A stretch of 56,375 nt of DNA from contig VBIL01000037.1 in the NCBI GenBank assembly GCA_005879975.1, forward strand, positions 1 to 56,375, given 5' to 3'. Both the position numbers and the translations under genes were made by a program. This DNA is from Chloroflexota bacterium (GTDB taxonomy: Bacteria; Chloroflexota; Limnocylindria; P2-11E). The notes under the pieces were generated by a model. The model did no database searches. It saw only the letters and a program-made list of their open reading frames with translations, and was not told the DNA's origin. Within the stretch, counting starts at the first letter, position 1. Every line of letters begins with the position of its first letter. Shown piece by piece: positions 1 to 9,122 of the stretch.

Positions 1-796
1 CGAGCTCGAGCGAAGTCTTCGCGAGCGCGCTCTCGGTCTCCCGATAGAACTCCTCGCCCCAAGCCCCGAGTGACGATGCATCGTGATCCAGGAGCTCCTT
101 CTCGCGGAGCCACGTGTCCGTCGCGTCGCGCCCGATGGCGAAGCTTCCGCGGGCCGTGGGCCAGAGGTCGTGCTTGAGCCACGACGCGTATGCGGTCAGT
201 GCAGCGGCAGCGGCATCGGCGGCGGGGCGGAACGCGCGTTCCGCGGCGCGCTCGAGCGCCGTTCCTTTCGGGAGCATCGCCGGCGCCTCCACCCGCAGGA
301 ACGACGCGCCCGCCGGGACCGAGCGAAGCGCGATGTCGATCCATTCCCGGGGGACCAGCGCCGGATCGAGGTTCGCCTCCGCCGCTTCGATGATGGCCGG
401 GGCCTCGGCGAGACGTTCGGCGAGCGTCGCGACCCGCTCAGCGAGGGGGGCGTGCTCGCGGAGGAACGCGTAGTAGGCGCCGCGCGTGATCGTGTCCGAG
501 TAAAGCGTCGGCTGGCGGCGCCAGCGTGCGAACGGACGGAGTGCGCGCTCGCCGCGGAGCTCAGCGAGGATCAGGTCGCGGTCGACGCGCTCGAACGGCG
601 AGAGCTCGACGTCTTCGACGGCCTCAAAGCGCGCGAGCCAATCCTCGGAGAAGCGATCGCGCTCGCCAAAGCCATCGGCACTCAAATCACCGAGGCGATG
701 GTCGTGCTCGTGGATGCCAGCGATCGTGGCCGCGACCGGCTCGAGCGCGTAGCGCTGGTGGACGAAGTCGTAGGCGAGCTGGGCGAACGCCGTGAG
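1..796 (-). CDS. DUF885-like protein (probable metallopeptidase-like), 3' end runs off window; no canonical start codon
   Basis: Manual translation in frame right after the tatA TAG: LTAFAQLAYDFVHQRYALEPVAATIAGIHEHDHRLGDLSADG...DRDLILAELRG...WRRQPTLY...ERVATLAERL, which resembles the DUF885 N-terminus. The + strand ORF 83-1120 is its antisense shadow. Confidence 0.75.
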
Positions 797-1066
797 CTAG
801 AGCGCTTGGCCGCAGTTGGTGCAGAACTTCGAGTCGGCCCCGTTCGGTCGGCCGCAGTTGCGGCAGTAGACCGTGGTCCCGGGCGCGGCGGTTGCCGCGG
901 TCGCGGTCCCAGCGGTCTGCGTGGCCTTCTCGTTTGTGGATTCGTCGCGGAAGCTGCGCACACCCTTGCCGAGCTGGCCGAGCACGTCGGGGAGCTTCCC
1001 GGCGCCGAAGACGATCAGCACGACTGCCAGGATGAGGAGGAGCTCCGGACCACCGATATTGGGCAT
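797..1066 (-). CDS. tatA: TatA/E translocase subunit with C-terminal zinc ribbon
   Basis: GGPELLLILAVVLIVFGAGKLPDVLGQLGKGVRSFR is the TatA signature; C-terminal CRNCG...FCTNCG; GGGAG RBS upstream. Confidence 0.92.
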   Translation of the reverse strand: MPNIGGPELLLILAVVLIVFGAGKLPDVLGQLGKGVRSFRDESTNEKATQTAGTATAATAAPGTTVYCRNCGRPNGADSKFCTNCGQAL

Positions 1067-1126
1067 CGTGCACTCCCTCTCCCGCGCCCTGTCAGGCGCC
1101 TCGATTCCGTTCCAGTTTAGCCATGC

Positions 1127-1930
1127 TTAGACGAAGAGCCCGTCGAGGAGCCCGAGGAAGAGCGGGATGACGACGAGAAGCATGAGCGCAGGCAGGTAAC
1201 AGAGCACGAGAACCAGCATCAGCCGGCCTTCGACGCGGCCCGCCGCATCGAGGCTCCGCGCGCGCTCGGAGGCCCGCAAACGCTCCCGCTCGTCGCGGAG
1301 GACGGTTAGCGCTCCACGGCCCAGGTCGCGCGTACGCTCGAGCTCGACCGCGACGCGCGCGAGCGGCGTGAGCCCGGCCGCCGACCCCTCGCGGGCGAGG
1401 GCCCGAAAGAGCGGCGCTCCAAGCGCGTACGAGCGGGAAGCGGCGGCAATCGCGCCGTCAACCAGGACCGAGCCAACACCACGCTCGGCCACCGCGACGA
1501 GGGCGGTCTCGACGGGACGGCCGCTCGCGACAAGCGCCTCCGTCCATTCGACGAGCGCGACCAGGGCGCGTTCCGCATCCGCTCGACAGCGCGACGCCGC
1601 GCGCTCGACGTAGACGGTCGGGGTCACGAATCCCGCGTATGCCGCGGCGACGACGAACGCCGGGCCGATCGGGATGACCAGTCCGACGACCGCGACGAGC
1701 GCTGCCGCGAGAAGTGCGGCAACGACCTTCGCCCGAAGCAGGTCGATCTCACTCCAGCCGAGACCGCTCCGCGAGAGCTCGTGCGTGATCAGCAGGGACC
1801 GGAACCGCGACTCGGCGGCCGGCCGTGGCGACAGCAGCGCGAGGTGTCGGCGGACCATCGACGGTGGTCGGCTCGCGAGGACCGCAGCCATTCCCGCGCA
1901 CGTCGCGAGGAGCGCGCCGATGAGGATCAG
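1127..1930 (-). CDS. tadC: Tad pilus inner-membrane platform protein TadC (T2SS F family)
   Basis: TM helices and C-terminal RLMLVLVLCYLPALMLLVVIP; follows tadB. Frame extends to a CTG overlapping the tadB TGA (1930); first ATG is at 1891. Confidence 0.8.
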   Translation of the reverse strand: MILIGALLATCAGMAAVLASRPPSMVRRHLALLSPRPAAESRFRSLLITHELSRSGLGWSEIDLLRAKVVAALLAAALVAVVGLVIPIGPAFVVAAAYAGFVTPTVYVERAASRCRADAERALVALVEWTEALVASGRPVETALVAVAERGVGSVLVDGAIAAASRSYALGAPLFRALAREGSAAGLTPLARVAVELERTRDLGRGALTVLRDERERLRASERARSLDAAGRVEGRLMLVLVLCYLPALMLLVVIPLFLGLLDGLFV

Positions 1931-2763
1931 CGCAGCACCCCTTCTACCGCGCGACGGCTCGCGACGATACCGAGAAGCTCAAGTGCGATCGCGGCGGGCA
2001 CGAGGATGGTGCGGCCGAACGGCGCTGAGAGCGTGACGCCGAGCGATGGGACGGTGACCGCGAGATATGCCGCGATCCCCGGGACGAGCGCGGCGAGGAG
2101 CAGCACCTGCGATCGCAGACCGCTCGTCCGCGCGCGGACCTCTTCATCGAGACGCTCTTCAAACGCCAGCCGGTCCGTGACGGCGGCGACAAGTAGTCCG
2201 GCGCGATCTCCCGGCAGTCGCAGCGCGACCCCGATGGCGAGCGTTTCGAGGGCCATCCGCGCTCGGCGATCGCGCGTCGCCGCCGCGGAGGAGCGGAGCG
2301 CCTCGTCGAGCGGTGCGCCCAGATCGAAAGCGCGCAACGCGTCCACGAACGGCCGGCGCGCGAGGGGATCCTCGCTCGCGTCGACCGCGCGGCGCAGGGC
2401 CTCGGGCAGCGCACCACCCGAGCGGAGGACGGCCTCGGCCGCGCGCAGCAGACGCGTGGTCGCGACGCGTGCGCGTCTCGCGGCGGCGTCCGCGCGAAGA
2501 CGGATCACGACCGAGGGCGCGACCAACCCGGCGACCCCGGCGAGTGGGGGCAGGGCGAGTGCCGACGCAAGCAACAGCGCGACGAGGATGCACGCCGCGC
2601 GAATGCCCTCCCACTGCCAGAGCGGACGCCGCCAGCCGGCAGCCGTCAGAGTGCGCGCGTCCGGATGTTCCGACCGGGGCATGCGAAGGCCTTCGATCGG
2701 GGACACGAGCGCGCATGTGACGGCGAGCGCCACGGCCAGCGCTCCCGCGGCGGCGATGCTCAC
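1927..2763 (-). CDS. tadB: Tad pilus platform protein TadB (T2SS F family)
   Basis: LRSGGALPEAL, GAPLDEAL, EEVRARTSGLRSQ motifs; coupled to the ATPase gene. Confidence 0.85.
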   Translation of the reverse strand: MSIAAAGALAVALAVTCALVSPIEGLRMPRSEHPDARTLTAAGWRRPLWQWEGIRAACILVALLLASALALPPLAGVAGLVAPSVVIRLRADAAARRARVATTRLLRAAEAVLRSGGALPEALRRAVDASEDPLARRPFVDALRAFDLGAPLDEALRSSAAATRDRRARMALETLAIGVALRLPGDRAGLLVAAVTDRLAFEERLDEEVRARTSGLRSQVLLLAALVPGIAAYLAVTVPSLGVTLSAPFGRTILVPAAIALELLGIVASRRAVEGVLR

Positions 2764-3902
2764 CGGAGGCGGCTTCGCAGGCGCACCGGCATCCGCACGT
2801 CGTGCTCGCCCGCGCGCCAGAGCGACGCGACGCCGCTCTCCTCGACCGCCGCGATCTCACGGATCGAGCGAGCACCGCAGCGGTCGCGCGCCACGTGCAC
2901 GATGATGTCGATCGCGTGCGCGACGTGGCGTGAGATCGCCATGTCGCCAAGCTCGCCGGCACGCGCGAGCAAGAGCTCGAGGCGGGCGAGCGCGCCGGCG
3001 GCCGAGCCTGCGTGAAGCGTCGTGAGCGAGCCCTCGTGACCGGTGCTGAGCGCCTCGAGGAGGGCCGAAGCCTCGCGGGGCGTTCGGACCTCGCCGACGA
3101 GGATCCGATCGGGACGCATGCGAAGCGCATTTGCGACCAGGTCGGCGATACCGATCGCGACGCCGTCCCGACCCGGCACGCATTCGAGATGAACAACGTG
3201 CGGGTGCGGCAGAACGAGCTCGTTCGTGTCCTCGATCACGACAAGGCGCTCCTCGCTCGGAATCGCCGCGGCGAGCGACCGCAGCAGCGTGCTCTTCCCC
3301 GATCCAGTCGCGCCGCTCACCAGGACGCTCGCTCGGGCGCGCACGCACTCATCGAGGAGGTCCGCCGCGGTCTCGTCGAGGCCATCCGCGGTCCACGACG
3401 GGCGCGGGCCGCGCAACGGCACCGACACGCTGCCGAACTTGCGAATGGATAGGCTCGGCCCGCCGATCGGCGCGATCACCGCATTGGCGCGGCTTCCGTC
3501 ACGCATTCGTGCGTCCACGAACGGCCGCTCGAGGGTCAACTCACGGCCAACGCTCGCCGCGATGCGATGCGCCAGTTCGGCGACATCGTCGGGTTCGCGG
3601 AACGCGACATCGACGCGCATCAGGCGACCACCACGCTCGACGAAGACATCGTTCGAGCCATTCACGAGCACATCCGTGATCTCGGGGTCGTCGAGGAGCG
3701 GCTGCAGCGGACCGAAGCCAAAGAGCTCCGCGCACAACGCGTCGAGGTCGCCGTCGGCGACCGGCGCTCGTGCGGCGGCACGGACGCGTTCACGAAGGAG
3801 CGCGCGCCGCGCGGGATCCGCGTACAGCGCGAGCAGGCCGGCCGGGTCTATGCCCGCCGCGACCTCGGCGCGTACGCGCGCGACCAGCGCGGGGTCGGTC
3901 AT
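2760..3902 (-). CDS. tadA: Tad/Flp pilus assembly ATPase TadA/CpaF
   Basis: GFGPLQPLLDDPEITDVLVNG, Walker A GATGSGKST, IEDTNEL, LRMRPDRILVGEVR, TGHEGSLTTLHA. Confidence 0.96.
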   Translation of the reverse strand: MTDPALVARVRAEVAAGIDPAGLLALYADPARRALLRERVRAAARAPVADGDLDALCAELFGFGPLQPLLDDPEITDVLVNGSNDVFVERGGRLMRVDVAFREPDDVAELAHRIAASVGRELTLERPFVDARMRDGSRANAVIAPIGGPSLSIRKFGSVSVPLRGPRPSWTADGLDETAADLLDECVRARASVLVSGATGSGKSTLLRSLAAAIPSEERLVVIEDTNELVLPHPHVVHLECVPGRDGVAIGIADLVANALRMRPDRILVGEVRTPREASALLEALSTGHEGSLTTLHAGSAAGALARLELLLARAGELGDMAISRHVAHAIDIIVHVARDRCGARSIREIAAVEESGVASLWRAGEHDVRMPVRLRSRLR

Positions 3903-4672
3903 GCCAGAGCGCGCAGGAGTGAGTCGATCGCACGCAGGGTCGCCGCTCGGGCTGCGAACGAGTCTTCGGCGAGATAGGTGTCCTGCGGGATCGCGGCGAG
4001 CAGCGGAAAACCGATCCGCTCGGCGATGCGCGCCGCATCTTCATCGGCGGCCATGACCACCACAAGTCCGACGGCGCACGGGGCGCGCTGCAGAAGTGGC
4101 GCCGCGCAGAACGCCGCCTGCAGCTGAGCCGAGCGCGTTCCGGTCACAAGGCACACTCGATCGAGCGTGGAGAGGATCGCGGGATCGAGCGCGTCAGCGC
4201 CGGCCCCGAGATCGAGGACCGTCGCACGTCCCGCCGAGCAGGTCCGCAGGAGCTCGTTTACGCGCTCGGCGTCGAAGGTCGCATGCAGCGACGGCGCGCC
4301 CGGAAGAAAGGGCACGGCGGACCAGCGCGAGACGAGCTCCTTCTCGCGACCCGGTTGTAGCAGGGCATCGGCGATGCTCGCCGCGGTCAAGCCGGCGCGA
4401 AGCGCGAGCGCCGGGGCCCAGCGGTCGAGGTCGACAAGGAGCGGCGGCTCGCCGCCGGCAGCGGAGCGATGGGCGGTGAGCGCGGCGACGGTCGTCGCGC
4501 CTGCGCCGGCCGCGAGTGACCAGAATGCGACGCGCTTTCCTCGGCGGAGCGCCGCCGGTCGCGCCGGGACGAGCGGCGCGAGCGGCTCCGCCCGTCCGGT
4601 CGCCTCACGCATCAGCGCCAGCGCGACCGCCGCGACCGGCGATGCATCCAGCATCGACCGGATGCGACTCAA
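3899..4672 (-). CDS. MinD/ParA-like pilus assembly protein (CpaE/TadZ-like), degenerate Walker A
   Basis: VAFWSLAAGAGATTVA, LLVDLD, VLDLG; Tad context; TTG start overlaps upstream TGA. Confidence 0.72.
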   Translation of the reverse strand: MSRIRSMLDASPVAAVALALMREATGRAEPLAPLVPARPAALRRGKRVAFWSLAAGAGATTVAALTAHRSAAGGEPPLLVDLDRWAPALALRAGLTAASIADALLQPGREKELVSRWSAVPFLPGAPSLHATFDAERVNELLRTCSAGRATVLDLGAGADALDPAILSTLDRVCLVTGTRSAQLQAAFCAAPLLQRAPCAVGLVVVMAADEDAARIAERIGFPLLAAIPQDTYLAEDSFAARAATLRAIDSLLRALA

Positions 4673-5223
4673 GCGAATAGCCATCGCGCGAGCTCGCCGT
4701 CTTTCGCGAACGCGCGATGTTCTGGCGGCGCGATGATCGCTCCCACGTCGAAGACGATCGGGCGCAAAGCCCGGCGCGCTTCGGCCGATCGCAGCACGTC
4801 ACGCGTGCTCCAGGCGCGACGCCGCCAGCCGATCCCCGCGTCTTCGCCTCGCAGAAGCGCCCGAACGAGAGCGCGGTCGGCGGGGCGTGGCCTTTGCCAC
4901 CGCCTGGCGAGTAGACGCCGTGTCTCCGAGCCGAGCGCGAGAGCGCGGACGTGCACGAGATCGAGCGCGAGCGCGGCCAACGGGAGGGGCGTAAGGTCGC
5001 GACCGATCGCCGCACGGGTCCCAGGCCGCGGGGCGAGCGCGCTGAGCACCGCCGTCGCGCGAACGCCGGCGAACGCGAGGAGCCGTTGGGCGCGGGCGAC
5101 CTGGGCGTCGTCCAGTTCGACGAAGGTCCCATCAGGCGTGCGCGCGAGGGTTGCCGTCCCGATGCTCGCGATCGCGCGATCGACGTCCCCTGCGGCGACA
5201 CGCTCACAGCGCAGGACAGCCAT
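4669..5223 (-). CDS. Hypothetical protein in Tad operon
   Basis: 184-aa ORF translationally coupled at both ends; no recognisable motif. Confidence 0.6.
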   Translation of the reverse strand: MAVLRCERVAAGDVDRAIASIGTATLARTPDGTFVELDDAQVARAQRLLAFAGVRATAVLSALAPRPGTRAAIGRDLTPLPLAALALDLVHVRALALGSETRRLLARRWQRPRPADRALVRALLRGEDAGIGWRRRAWSTRDVLRSAEARRALRPIVFDVGAIIAPPEHRAFAKDGELARWLFA

Positions 5224-5786
5224 CAGCGTGACCCGACGAGAGCGAGGATGAACGTGCTCGTCGCTATGCGGTCGGCGAACCGGATGTACGGTGCGCCGGT
5301 TTCGGCGCGAACGTCGAGCACCAGGGCGGCCTGCACGAGCAGCTCGGTGGCGCGGCCCGCGGGCGCGCGGCCACCCACGGGCACTGCGAGGACATCGACA
5401 CGCGCGCCGGGGACGAGCGCACCACCCACCGCCTGCGCCGCGCTCATCGGCAAGGCGACCCCGCGCATCCCTCGCGGCAGCGCAAGACCGGTGTGGAACG
5501 CGGCCGCGTCCTCCGCGAGCCCCGCGGAGAGCACGACCTGGCCGCGCCAGAGCGGAGCCCGTGGGATCTTGCCAAGGGCGGCGGAGACGTCGGCGACCGA
5601 TCCGGCCGGCACAGCATCCGGAGGAAGCGATGCGGTCCCAAGGTCATCGACCGTGAGCGGATGCGTCGCGTCGAGGTCGCGTGCCGCGACGATCACCGAG
5701 GAGCGCTGGGCGCCCGCGTAATAGAGGACACCGGCTAGCAGGCCGGATGCGACCGCGAGCCCGACCAGCGCGCGCTGTCCGATCAA
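5223..5786 (-). CDS. cpaB: Flp pilus assembly protein CpaB/RcpC (SAF domain); C-terminus looks shortened
   Basis: N-terminal TM, VIVAARDL, LPRGMRGVALP, VGGALVPGARVDVLA, VLDVR; TTG start overlaps upstream TGA. Confidence 0.85.
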   Translation of the reverse strand: MIGQRALVGLAVASGLLAGVLYYAGAQRSSVIVAARDLDATHPLTVDDLGTASLPPDAVPAGSVADVSAALGKIPRAPLWRGQVVLSAGLAEDAAAFHTGLALPRGMRGVALPMSAAQAVGGALVPGARVDVLAVPVGGRAPAGRATELLVQAALVLDVRAETGAPYIRFADRIATSTFILALVGSR

Positions 5787-6733
5787 TCCTGCAGCGCCGG
5801 TGAGCGGACGCTCACCGCGATGTGAGCGTCGACCAGACGATGACCGGTCTCTGGCGTGTCGACCTCCAACCGAAAGACGAGCTCGTACGCGGAACCCGGG
5901 GGAGCAAGCCGCGCCCAGGACGTCCGGAATGGAGTGGCTCCGCCTCCCGACGTGCTCACCGCCTCGCCCCCGTCGCCCGAGGCGAGCGACCACGCTCGCA
6001 CCGCAACCTCACGATCGCCGGCAAAGGCGTGCAGCCAGATCGAGACGACTCGTCCGCGCAGGACCTCGATCCTCGTCAGCGGAACGCTCGCGGGTGCGAG
6101 CGACACACCCGGCCTAATGGGGAGCTGCGGCGGGTCGACGTCACGCGGTTCGCGCTCGGCGCCCTCGCCCGGCCCTTTACCGCCACAGCACGTTCCGGTC
6201 GGCAGCGGACCGGTCGCGGCCGGCGCCGCGACAGGCGCTGGGCCGGCGGAACTCGCGCCGGGCGCCGGCGTGTTCGCCCTCTGCCGCGCCAGCTCCGCGT
6301 CGTCCTGGAAGAAGACGACGCTCACGGGCACGAAGCCGTCATTCGTTAGCAGGTAGTTCTCGTAGTAGGTCCCCGCGACCGCTCGGCCGTCGGTGAGCGT
6401 GGCCCGGCCGTTGAACGCGGCACCGTCGAAAGTGCTCAGCGTTCCGGTACCGACCTCGTCGAGTACGCGCGCGTAGCTGCCCGTGGACTCGTGGATGGTC
6501 GTCGTGGTGTACGTCGTGAGCGGTCCGCTCACGGTGACGACGTCGGCGACGTACGTGTCGGTCACGTAATAGAGACCGGGCGGCGGCGCGATGAAGGGCG
6601 CCGGGTCCGCGGGCGGGGCAGACACGGGCGGCTCGGGTGATCCGCTCGCCTCGTCGTATGGATCCCAGGCGAGCGCGGGTGATGCTCCTGTTGCGAGCAG
6701 CGCGAGCGCGAAGGCAGCGGCGCGCAGGGTCAT
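5783..6733 (-). CDS. Secreted protein in Tad locus (candidate tip or adhesin component)
   Basis: Signal peptide ending ALA-W, Thr/Tyr-rich beta region, Pro/Ala linker, beta-rich C-terminal domain. Confidence 0.7.
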   Translation of the reverse strand: MTLRAAAFALALLATGASPALAWDPYDEASGSPEPPVSAPPADPAPFIAPPPGLYYVTDTYVADVVTVSGPLTTYTTTTIHESTGSYARVLDEVGTGTLSTFDGAAFNGRATLTDGRAVAGTYYENYLLTNDGFVPVSVVFFQDDAELARQRANTPAPGASSAGPAPVAAPAATGPLPTGTCCGGKGPGEGAEREPRDVDPPQLPIRPGVSLAPASVPLTRIEVLRGRVVSIWLHAFAGDREVAVRAWSLASGDGGEAVSTSGGGATPFRTSWARLAPPGSAYELVFRLEVDTPETGHRLVDAHIAVSVRSPALQD

Positions 6734-7215
6734 CGCGGCGAGCTCACGGCGAGAACGCCGATGGTCGTCACCGGGTGGAAGGCGAGCGCTCCGAAGACGG
6801 GTGTGCGCACCGGAACATCGGCGGCAAGGCGTACGGCAGGTCGTTGGTAACGGGCGCCGGTCCGCGCGTCGACTGATGGAGCTGATGGATACGCGGCGAT
6901 ATCCGCCATAGCGGCGATCTCCGACGACGACGCCGCGAGCAGCGCCTCCGACAGCTCGAGCTCGCGTTCGAAGTACTCGCGCGCCACGTCCGAGGCGTCG
7001 CCAGCGAGCCGGAGCGATCCGGTGCGCGACAGCTCGGCGTCGTCCTGATCGTTCACCGCCACGAGCGTCGCGAGGTCGGCGGCGGCGCGAACTCGCGCGG
7101 CCGCGACGCGGAGCGCGCCGAGCTGCAGCACGCCCGCGAGAACGGTCAAGAGCAGCGGCAGCAGGACAACCGTCGTGACGGCCGCGCTCGCATGGTCGTC
7201 GCGCAGCGCGTTCAC
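6730..7215 (-). CDS. TadG/TadE-like pseudopilin
   Basis: Hydrophobic N-terminal helix then RVRAAADLATL (the AAD motif of Tad pseudopilins). Confidence 0.72.
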   Translation of the reverse strand: MNALRDDHASAAVTTVVLLPLLLTVLAGVLQLGALRVAAARVRAAADLATLVAVNDQDDAELSRTGSLRLAGDASDVAREYFERELELSEALLAASSSEIAAMADIAAYPSAPSVDARTGARYQRPAVRLAADVPVRTPVFGALAFHPVTTIGVLAVSSPR

Positions 7216-7607
7216 CGGTTCACCTCTCCGCGCGAGATCGCGCTCGAACGAATTGGGAGAGTCGTCGTGAAAAGGAATGGGATCGCGACACGGTATTCCG
7301 TGCTGACCGAAACGCTGACGGGCTCGCGCCAGCCAACGCGTGCCGGCGCGATCTCGATGGTGGCGACACCGGGATCGATCCCCGAGGCGCGGAGCTGTTC
7401 GGCGAGCAGACCACGAACCTCCGCGCCGTCGCCTCCGATCTCGCCGGCGTAGCGCGCGGCCTGGACGGTCGCGGCGTCCTGCGCGAGCCAGCGTTCGAGG
7501 GCAGCGCCGAACTCAAGGATGGAGAAGAGCAGCGGGACGAGGATCGCGATCATGAGCGTCATCTCGAGTGTCGCGAGGCCACGTTCCTCGCCGACGGCTT
7601 TCGTCAA
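7212..7607 (-). CDS. tadE: TadE family pseudopilin
   Basis: EERG|LATLEMTLMIAILVPLLFSILEFG...AARY; TTG start overlaps the flp TGA. Confidence 0.85.
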   Translation of the reverse strand: MTKAVGEERGLATLEMTLMIAILVPLLFSILEFGAALERWLAQDAATVQAARYAGEIGGDGAEVRGLLAEQLRASGIDPGVATIEIAPARVGWREPVSVSVSTEYRVAIPFLFTTTLPIRSSAISRGEVNR

Positions 7608-7774
7608 CGCACCGCCTGCATCTGGCTCACGAGCGCCTGAAGACGCGCGACGAGTCCGTTGTTCCAGGCCGACACGCCGATGGCGAGGGTACCGAGGACG
7701 ATGGCCGCGCCGATCACGTACTCGATCGTCGCGAGGCCAGCGCGCTCGGTCACGAAACGATGCAGCGCCAACAT
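7604..7774 (-). CDS. flp: Flp family type IVc major pilin
   Basis: 56 aa; ERAG|LATIEY prepilin motif (E at +5, then Y) and a hydrophobic helix; GGGAGG RBS. Confidence 0.88.
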   Translation of the reverse strand: MLALHRFVTERAGLATIEYVIGAAIVLGTLAIGVSAWNNGLVARLQALVSQMQAVR

Positions 7775-7793
7775 GAACCCCTCCCGCTGGTGA

Positions 7794-8180
7794 TGCGAGG
7801 AGGCTCTTTGCGGCGCGGGCATCTTTCACGCCCAAAGCGAGCGTTGTGCTCTTCTTCGACTGGCCGAGGACGTACGCGGACTCGATATTGACCTTGCCCT
7901 TGCCCAGCCGAGTCGCGGCGCGCGCGAGCGTGCCGGGGCGGTTCGCGAGGCGTACCTCGACGATCTTCCGGTCGCCTGAGATCCGGTACTTCTTCGCCTT
8001 GATGGCGCGACGTGCCTTTGCCGCGTCCTTGTCGTCCACGACGATGTGGACGGTCCCGGATCCGCCGCCGGTGGTCGCCGCGATGCTCCGCATGCTTATC
8101 CCGGCATCGCCTAGGGCACCTGCGAGGACGCCGAGCTGGCCGGCGCGGTTGGGCAGCTTGATCGTGAGTTCTACCGCCAT
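7794..8180 (-). CDS. Tandem ACT-domain protein; expected stop codon missing
   Basis: LPNRAGQLG and LANRPGTLA...VNIESAY are two ACT domains. The frame runs on without a stop into the flp/tadE region. Confidence 0.8.
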
Positions 8181-8231
8181 GAGGTTCCCTCCCCGTTGCG
8201 TTTTGGCGAAGGGAAGTTTAGGCGCCGGTCG

Positions 8232-8432
8232 TCAGAGCGCGATGCGGCCCCGGCGCGCGATTCGTCGCCTGGGCTCGACGCGGTCCGCCCAGTGCATCGC
8301 GCCGAAGACGGTCAGGAAGTAGCGGAGCCTCTTGCTGCGCTTGCGCCGCGCCTCGGCCTCGCTGTACGAATAGCCGTGCGGACGGAGTACATCACGGAAT
8401 CCCTCCACGGACGGGGCCTCCTCCCAGCTCAT
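8232..8432 (-). CDS. Small basic hypothetical protein (66 aa)
   Basis: MSWEEAPSVEGFRDVLRPHGYSYSEAEARRKRSKRLRYFL; CATGCT box 7 nt before ATG; fills the intergenic gap. Confidence 0.5.
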   Translation of the reverse strand: MSWEEAPSVEGFRDVLRPHGYSYSEAEARRKRSKRLRYFLTVFGAMHWADRVEPRRRIARRGRIAL

Positions 8433-8508
8433 ACGGAGGAGCATGCGACCAGCGGACCCTTCCGACGACCGCACGCGACACGAATGGACTGTGACGCTCG
8501 AGACGTTC

Positions 8509-9120
8509 CTAGCGCGCTTTGCCGATGCCGGTCCTGATCTGGGCCTCGCTCAAAGGTCCTCCCAGCTCGAGATGGCGGATCACACCGTTCTTGTCCACGA
8601 AGAACGTGCTCGGCAGGCTGAGCACGCCGAAGCGGCGCGTCGTCTCGCCGTTCGTGTCAAGCACCGGCTGAAGCCGATCCAAACCGAGCTGCTCGAGGAA
8701 CGAGGTGACCTTGTCACCCGACTCCTGGAGATCCACCTCGAGGAACACAACATCCGGCTCAGTCGCGGCGACGCGCTGGAGGGCCGGCATTTCCTGGCGG
8801 CAGGGCTGACACCACGTGGCCCAGAAGTTGATCACGACCGTCTTCCCGCGGAAATCCGAGAGGCGCACGACCCGGCCGCCCTCCCCGTTCCATTCGAAGT
8901 TCGGAGCGTTCGCGGAGATCCTCCCGCCGGCACCTTCGCCCTCGATCTGCGACCGGACGATCCCGACCTCGGACGTCGCCGTCGGTGGTCGTGCGAAGGG
9001 GAGCGAAGGCCAAACGAGCGCGAGGAGCGACGCCAGCGCGATCGCACCGATGAGGATCGCGGCGAGCCACCGCGGCAACGCGGTCGGCTCACGATCCGGA
9101 CGTTCCACCGTGTCGACCAT
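8509..9120 (-). CDS. TlpA/ResA family membrane-anchored thiol-disulfide oxidoreductase
   Basis: TM anchor, APNF, LSDFRGKTVVINFWATWCQPCRQEMP, LPSTFFVDKNG. Confidence 0.93.
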   Translation of the reverse strand: MVDTVERPDREPTALPRWLAAILIGAIALASLLALVWPSLPFARPPTATSEVGIVRSQIEGEGAGGRISANAPNFEWNGEGGRVVRLSDFRGKTVVINFWATWCQPCRQEMPALQRVAATEPDVVFLEVDLQESGDKVTSFLEQLGLDRLQPVLDTNGETTRRFGVLSLPSTFFVDKNGVIRHLELGGPLSEAQIRTGIGKAR

Positions 9121-9122
9121 GT

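Noticed and set aside
797-799. Pyrrolysine-type TAG recoding fusing TatA to the DUF885-like protein
   Set aside because: TAG is a very common ordinary stop here and no pyl genes are present; kept only as an alternative in the start-less gene finding.
83-1120. Long + strand ORF and similar long ORFs (e.g. 8443-9573, 12436-13902, 23428-24828, 38539-39783, 54451-55989)
   Set aside because: These are antisense shadows of recognisable genes, expected at high GC; they are Arg-rich and lack motifs.
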